Shown here piece by piece: positions 56,000 to 64,000 of a DNA stretch of 64,000 bases; position 1 is the stretch's first letter; each line of letters opens with the position of its first letter. Both the position numbers and the translations under genes were made by a program. The notes beneath the pieces are model-generated. The model saw nothing but the letters and a program-made list of their open reading frames with translations. It was not told where the DNA came from and searched no databases. The stretch is from the human T2T-CHM13v2.0 reference genome, Homo sapiens, in assembly GCF_009914755.1 (NCBI RefSeq), contig NC_060926.1, one strand, 5' to 3'.

Positions 56000-56975
56000 A
56001 TTTTGAGCATTTATATTTCCTTTTCTATGAACGCTTCATAATCTGCCTATTTTTTCAAATGGAACAATAATTTTTTCCTTATTGATTTGTAAAAGTTATT
56101 TATATTTTCAGGAAGTTTGTTTATGGTGGGCTTGTCTTGAGTAATTAAAAAAATTTTAATGTAATTCAATTCAGCTTTCTTTTAAGGCATCTGGGTTTTT
56201 GTGTGATACTTAGGAAAGCTTTAATTACAGGGTATTACGTACATTCTCCCATGATTTTTTCTGATAATTTGATTTTTTACACATAAATCTTTGCTCCACC
56301 TGTAATTTATCTTGTTGTAACCAATAAGATAGGAATTCAAAATAAATTTTTCTTCCCAGATGGTCACCCTGATGTTCCTGATGTTCCAACACCATTTACT
56401 GGTTAATCCATCTTTTCCCTGATGACTTGAAAAACCAAAACTTTATCGTATACTAAGCCACTACATGGCCCTGGGCTTTTTATTCTGTCCACTAGTCTGT
56501 CTAATCATGTCTGGTGTCATGTGTTAAACTCTTTAACCTCTACTGTTATGTCAAAGGGGTTACAACAATTTTTAGGCTAGCATTGGGGATGGTGTTGGTA
56601 TCTGGCAAAGCTAACAGAGGGCTATATGGAGACTGAATCATTAATTCTGGCCTAAATAACTCTTCATTCAGCTCAGTGCCAACTACTATAAAACAGGTCC
56701 TGATACTTTTAAGGAACACTGGTCTGAGATGTCTAGACACCACATCCTGCTCTCAGTTAAGCCCCACAACCATCCTGTGAGGTAATGTGTTCTTTGGATT
56801 CTTTTAGTTTCAAGAAACAGACTCACTGAGGCTGGTTCAAATACTAAGAGATATTATACTGATATGTGTATATGGGAGACAAGAATCTCAGCCATTTCAT
56901 CAGAAGCCATGTCACAAGACCTCACAGGAAGATCTCTCTTTTATTTATTTATTTATTTTTATTTTATGAACTTGA

Positions 56976-57575
<600 letters not shown>

Positions 57576-57939
57576 TGAATAAATGTCTATTTAAAGACCT
57601 ACTTGAAACATATTAGAATTCTAGCCTATGACAAGGGCTAGGGAGAAAAAAGGGTACAGGTATCAGGGTTGAAGGGTAAAAAGAAAAAAAATGAAAAGAA
57701 ATAAACTACAAATAGAGGGGCCCTCCCTGGGCAGATGACAGTGTGCTATGCATTAAAGAATAGTGAACCACTTACATCTGAGGTCTTTTAAAAAATTAAA
57801 AGTCAAAATGTAAAACTCCAAATGTTGGGATATGAAAAGAGTAGTAGGAAATTAGATAGAGGAGAGCAAAAATGGGGCAATACAAGGAGGAGATGTAGGA
57901 GGAGGCAGATGACTGAAGGAGAACCAGCATTTCAGGTAT

Positions 57940-58279
57940 TGTATCAGTCAGGATAAAATAGGTTATACTGAGTTAACAAATGACCTCAAATCTCAGTGGC
58001 TTAAAATTAAAAGGGTTTCTTGCTACTTGTCCGTTGCAGGTGGATGGGGACTCTCTTCCATGTTGTCCTCACTTAGGGATCCAGGATGACAAAGGCTCTC
58101 TCTCTGTGCTTCCACGATAGCCAAAGCTCAACTTTTTGTGTGCACTTGCTCAATTTTTCATTGGCCAAAGCAAGTCACATGACTTTATCTAACTATAAAG
58201 GGATATGATTATGCAATCCTACCATGAACTTAGAGAGAAGACTAGAAATATTTGGTGAATAGAACTAATGATTACTACA
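57940..58279 (-). mobile_element. Old MLT1 (MLT1I/L-like) LTR
   Basis: tgtatcagtcaggataaaataggttatact...caaatctcagtggcttaa...ttggccaaagcaagtcacatgac...taatgattactaca. Confidence 0.75.
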
Positions 58280-59059
58280 GGTAGTGACTATAGCTTTTAG
58301 GGATATGAGACATAGGGTGAATTAACCTGACTTTAAATGTTAGGACAGAACTCTGGGATGAAGTCATGTTGGCTCAGAATCAGCTGATGTCCACTGGGCA
58401 GTGGTTGAGTCCTGGTGACACCAGCTGTCTGCACCTGTTCTATAGGCATGAGTTAGTCCTCAAGGCCTTGCCAAAGGCTTAGCAATCAGTAACACACACA
58501 TGCATACACAATTCCTAGGAGGGCATGTCAACCCTGATCTTTGCCCTAAAAAGCTGGTCTCTATAATTAATGATTTTGTTTTCAGTCTAAAGAGATAGTG
58601 GATAAGTAACTGTTGCAGAAAAAAAAAAAAAGAACAGGGACATATTGTTCTTTTGGGTGTTTCAGCTGATACTTTAATCTTAACTCCCTGGGCTCCCATG
58701 TCCCCTTGGGATACCAAACAATGTTGCAAATGGGAGCAGCCAACCCCACATTTTCCTTGCTGGCTAAATTCTACCAATAGTGATGTCATGCTTTGCTCTC
58801 TGATAAGATTTAGAGAAGCAATTTTGTAATGTTCTCAGACTGGCCAATAAGTAAGTGTCTCAAGGCCATTTTGAGTGACAGCCTTCTCGTTCTGCAGAAG
58901 TATAAATATTAAATAAAGAATGTTAGCCTCACTGGGTTCTGGGATGATAGAGCCATATAATCTATTGTAATTAACCACCAATTTCTAAACTGTCTGTCTG
59001 GGTTACCCTGAAGGAGGCAGATGCTGAACCTCAGCAACTGTGAAGCACTGACATGGGGG

Positions 59060-59825
59060 ACATTGCTGGCTGTCTACTACACCCCTTCTTCTCTCTAAAA
59101 AAAAAACCCTAATATTGTTTGGGATCCATCAGATCACTAAGGGGAAGGTGACCCCATCCTCAGCTCTCGGGGTAGGTCCTGATTAGTCTAATCCAGGGTG
59201 TTTCAGTCTCAGCACTGTTGACATTCTGAGCTGGATAATTCTTTGTTGTGGGGGCTATAGTAGGTATTAGAGGATGTTTAATAGCATCCCTGCCAGGGGC
59301 ATGCCCTAGTGCAGTTTAACAGCCCAAAATGCCTCCAGATATTGTCAAATTGTTCCTGGGAGTCAAACTCCCACCCAGTTGAGAGCCACTGGTATAAGCC
59401 CACCATGGTAATCCTTTTCCTCTTTCCAGGTAACTGGTTTAAAAATGGGTATGTGACAATTTGGCTAATGAGATTAAGGGGAAAGAAAGCTGCTGAGGGG
59501 TTTCAGGAAACATTTTTTTTTTTCCTTATAAGAAAGAGACTCAGGAGGAGATTGTGTCCTTCTCTTTCTCTGGATCTTGTTGTTTACATTCGAAACCTGG
59601 TCACACTGCAGTCGTCTTAGCACCGGTTTGAAGATGAAGCCAACTCAGAGGGAGGCAGAGCCAAGAGATTCTCTGAGAAGCAGGGCCAGAGCCCTGATGC
59701 ACCAGCCTGGAGCCTGGCCTGGAGCCTGGCCCACTGCTGGGCAGCTTTTTATCTGAAACAACAAATATCCTTATTGTTAGAGGCAAAGTGTCCTGTTACT
59801 TGCATCAGAAGTGACATTCTAACTG
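59060..59825 (+). mobile_element. MLT1K-like LTR with nested MER20 (59194-59391)
   Basis: ggtcctgattagtctaa...ggtttaaaaatgggtatgtgac...ctgttacttgcatcagaag; MER20 tcagcactgttgacattctgagctggataattctttgttgtgggg...gttgagagccactg. Confidence 0.75.
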
Positions 59826-60879
59826 AAGTCATTGAAAAGAAGTGTCACAGAGAGAGGTCCTGCTGGAGCTGCCAGAAACAGGGCCCTGGCTCATTCCTGC
59901 TGGGACAAGTACCTTTCTAATTAGAAGGAATACATTGCCCATCTGTAAAGTGACAGGAGATTAGGAAATTAACTTGGGTTTTGGCAAGTTCATAAGAAGG
60001 AAACTGAGCTCCCACTGTCTGGAGGGGAGGGATGAGGCAGCTACGAAGATGAGAAGCAGATGCTACTTATGCAGGAAGAGATATGGGCTCAGAGAAATAC
60101 AAAGGGATCAAACTAGTGCTTAGGGGGTGGAGGACTCAGATTTAGATGCTAAGACTGACACTAACTCAACAGATCTCCCAAACTCTGAAACCAAAACACT
60201 CACAGTCATGTGAGAGTCCTGGTTTTTACCACTGGCTGCACTTTGGAATTGCCTGGGGAGCTTTAAAAATATTGATGCCTTGGTCCCACCCACAGAGTTA
60301 CTTATGTATTGGACTGGGGTGTGGCCTGGATATAATCTTTTTCAATTTTTAAATTATAATTTTTGTGGATTCAGATGTCTTTACTACTCTCGTCCTTTCT
60401 ACTCAATTGTGCTGCCTTCATACCAGTAGGTCCTTTTCTTAATTTACTTCAATTTTGTGTGTGTGTATGTGAAGAGATAATACTTGTGACTCATACAAGG
60501 CTATACAATAAGATCTCTCTCCCATGCCTGTCTCCCAGTCCCCTAATTCTTCCACCTAGAAGATAGTTTATGACTATACACAGGTATATGTTTATTTTAT
60601 TTTCAGTTACTCTGTATATACCAATGATGACTTCCTATGCACATTGTTCTACATCCCCTTTTTAAACTTAACTGTATTTTATAGATCATTCTATATTAAT
60701 ATTTTGAGAGCTTATTTTTATTTAATGTGATGGCAAGTTAATTTTGTGAGTATGCTGTAAGCTACCTAACCAGTCCCCACATGATAGCATTTAGCATGGT
60801 CTCAGTCTTTCTATGGCAAAGGATGTTGCAATGAATAACCTTACACAGCATGTATGGGTGTACCTATAAGAAAAATGGA

Positions 60880-61177
60880 GGCTGGGTGCGGTGGCTCAAC
60901 CCTGTAATCCCAGCACTTTGGGAGGCCGAGGCAGGCGGATCACGAGGTCAGGAGATCGAGACCATCCTGGCTAACATGGTTAAACCCCATCTCTACTAAA
61001 AATATAAAAAAATTAGCCAGGCGTGGTGGTGGGTGCCTGTAGTCCCAGCTACTCAGGAGACTGAGGCAGGAGGACGGTGTGAACCCGGAAGGCGGAGCTT
61101 GCAGTGAGCAGAGATGGCGCCACTGCACTCCAGCCTGGGCGACAGAGCGAGACTCCGTCTCAAGAAAAAAAAAAAAA
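60880..61177 (+). mobile_element. AluY, 5' member of a candidate composite insertion
   Basis: AluY diagnostics; no TSD of its own. Confidence 0.93.
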
Positions 61178-61228
61178 GAAGCTTCTGAGGTTCAAGTGCA
61201 CAAGAGTCTACAAAATATTCTCTTATTT

Positions 61229-61552
<324 letters not shown>

Positions 61553-62144
61553 TTAAAGGACAGGTGTACTTATAATTGATAGTGTCAAACTGACCTCATG
61601 GAGGCTGTGTTCTCCCACCTACAATGTATTCTTCCCTTATAATAGTGAACAAGACACAATGCTTGGGAACTTAAACTGTACAAGGAACTCAGAAGGCTAG
61701 AATAAGTAGAGAAGGTTAACAGTACTTCACGAATTTCATTTCCTCTTAGGGAAATCTGTTTACTTTAAAGAGTGCCTCTTTCCCTATGGTAACGTATGTT
61801 GTCATTATTTGATTTTTGTTCAGCTGATGGGCAAAAAATGGTATGTCGATATGGTTTAAATTTGCATTCATCATTATTCTGGGTGATGTTAATTATCTTT
61901 TCATATATCAAATAGACATTTGTTCCTTTTCTGTTAACTCTCTAATGTGTCCCTTACCCAAGGGTTGGATTTCTTTTTCTTAGTAATTTGAAAAAGCTCT
62001 TTTATACAGCAGGAAAATGAGCCTTTTGCTTCTGATATATATTTTTGTCTAGATTGTTTTTTGACATTGCTTAATAGAGACTCTTTTGTGGGTCTTTTGT
62101 GACAGTTAGGTTTTTAGTCTTAGAAATGGCTTCAGCAGTCTAAT

Positions 62145-62175
<31 letters not shown>

Positions 62176-62497
62176 TCACCAGTCTAATATTTAAAAAGCA
62201 AATGAACAAGCTTCTTGCTATGGTTTGCAGAAATTTTGGGGGTAGTCCTACTTGTTTACTTTTCCATAGGAACATTATAATCAGCCTGGTTTCTTTTTAA
62301 GTTCATTATTTTTACGTGGATTGCATTTAAAATTTACAGATTAACCTAAGAGGAGGTGAAATTCATGAAGTACTGTTGGGACTCCCTATTTGTTCTAGTT
62401 TTCTTCTGAGTTCATTGCACAGTGGAAGTCCCCAGGAATTTAATATTTTTTCCACTATTATAATAGAAGAAAATATGCCATTAACATCTTAAAAAAA

Positions 62498-62796
62498 ATT
62501 TTTTTAAAAGACAGGGTCTCACTCTATCGCCCAGTCTGGTGTGCAAGCGGCTCGATCATAGCTCACTGCAGCCTTGAACTCCTGGGCTCAAGCGATCCTC
62601 TCAGAGGCCTCAGCCTCTAGAGTAGCTGGGACTGCAGATGCACACCGCCATGCCTGGCTAATTTTTAAATTTGGTGTAGAGATGGGAGTATTGCTATGTT
62701 GTCCAGGCTTGGTCTTGAACAATTGGCCTCAAGTTGTCTTCCCACCTCGGCCTTCCAAAATGCTGACATTATAAGCATCAGCAACCGCACCTAGCC
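62498..62796 (-). mobile_element. AluJ
   Basis: gatcatagctcactgcagccttgaactcctgggctcaagcgatcc; TSD cattaa(c/t)atctt. Confidence 0.9.
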
Positions 62797-62899
62797 CTCA
62801 TTAATATCTTTTGATTATTAATTTGGCATCAGGATTATTAAAAGCTCTTCAGGTGATTCTGATACAGTGAGTGGACAAGGAGCAGGAAGGGAGGGATAA

Positions 62900-63224
<325 letters not shown>

Positions 63225-63809
63225 TCAGCTGGCTGTAATTCAGGAAGAAGTATTTTGTCACTGATATTGTTTAAATTGCCAGCCTATGGTGATAATTAAA
63301 AAAACCAGACAGGGTAAAGATTTTATTATTGTTTATAAATTCTCTGCAGCAAGGCACCCATCATTGCCTGTACCCAGGGCCAACCACTCACTCCCCTTGG
63401 TACAGCCTGTTCTAAAGAGCAGTCAAGGTTGAAAAGCGTTGTCTTGGAGTCTTCCAACTCTCTCCCACGTCTCTCCACACTCAATCACTTCATGTGTCCC
63501 GTTCAGGCTACCTCTTACATTTTCTTCACTTCTTTCCCCTCTTCTCTGTCCTTCTGCCATGAGTCTAGTAGAGGCCTCCAGCATCTTTTCTCAGGACTCT
63601 GGTTTCACTCTTTACTAATCTATCTTCCACATTGCTTCCAGCCCAGATACTATGTCTTTAAGCACTGATGGGATTCTATTACCTCCCATCCTTTCAGCTG
63701 AGCCCTGTCTACTTGCCCAGCATCCTTCCTGCCATTCCCCACGAAATTATCTCTCTAGACCAGAGCACTGCATTTCCATTTGGAACAAACCACTCTCCCA
63801 TGTACCTGA

Positions 63810-64000
<191 letters not shown>

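Overview
Human (or at least hominoid) nuclear genomic DNA, Alu-rich and with no protein-coding gene I can recognise. An AluYa5, an SVA and an L1PA2 point to human. About 40 Alus, several L1 fragments, MIR/L2 relics, MaLR/ERV solo LTRs and DNA-transposon MITEs make up most of the window, and nearly all ORFs in the track are Alu/L1/SVA artefacts. Subfamily names come from remembered consensus sequences, not from a RepeatMasker run. The interesting signal is in retrotransposon architecture. (1) A full-length SVA inside an L1PA2 carries two stacked 3'-transduced segments, each with its own AATAAA and poly-A, which records three generations of jumping. (2) At 60.9-61.5 kb an AluY, a 51-bp unique spacer and an AluS are enclosed by one shared target-site duplication (TSD) with no Pol III terminator inside, so they appear to have moved as a single unit. 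(3) Three Alus were inserted serially into one target, leaving four TSD copies. (4) An HERV-H LTR7B-type LTR is cut in half at a TSD-less Alu. There is also a near-perfect RFX X-box in a mildly CpG-retaining unique region at ~15.7 kb, with weak evidence for a minus-strand spliced transcript.
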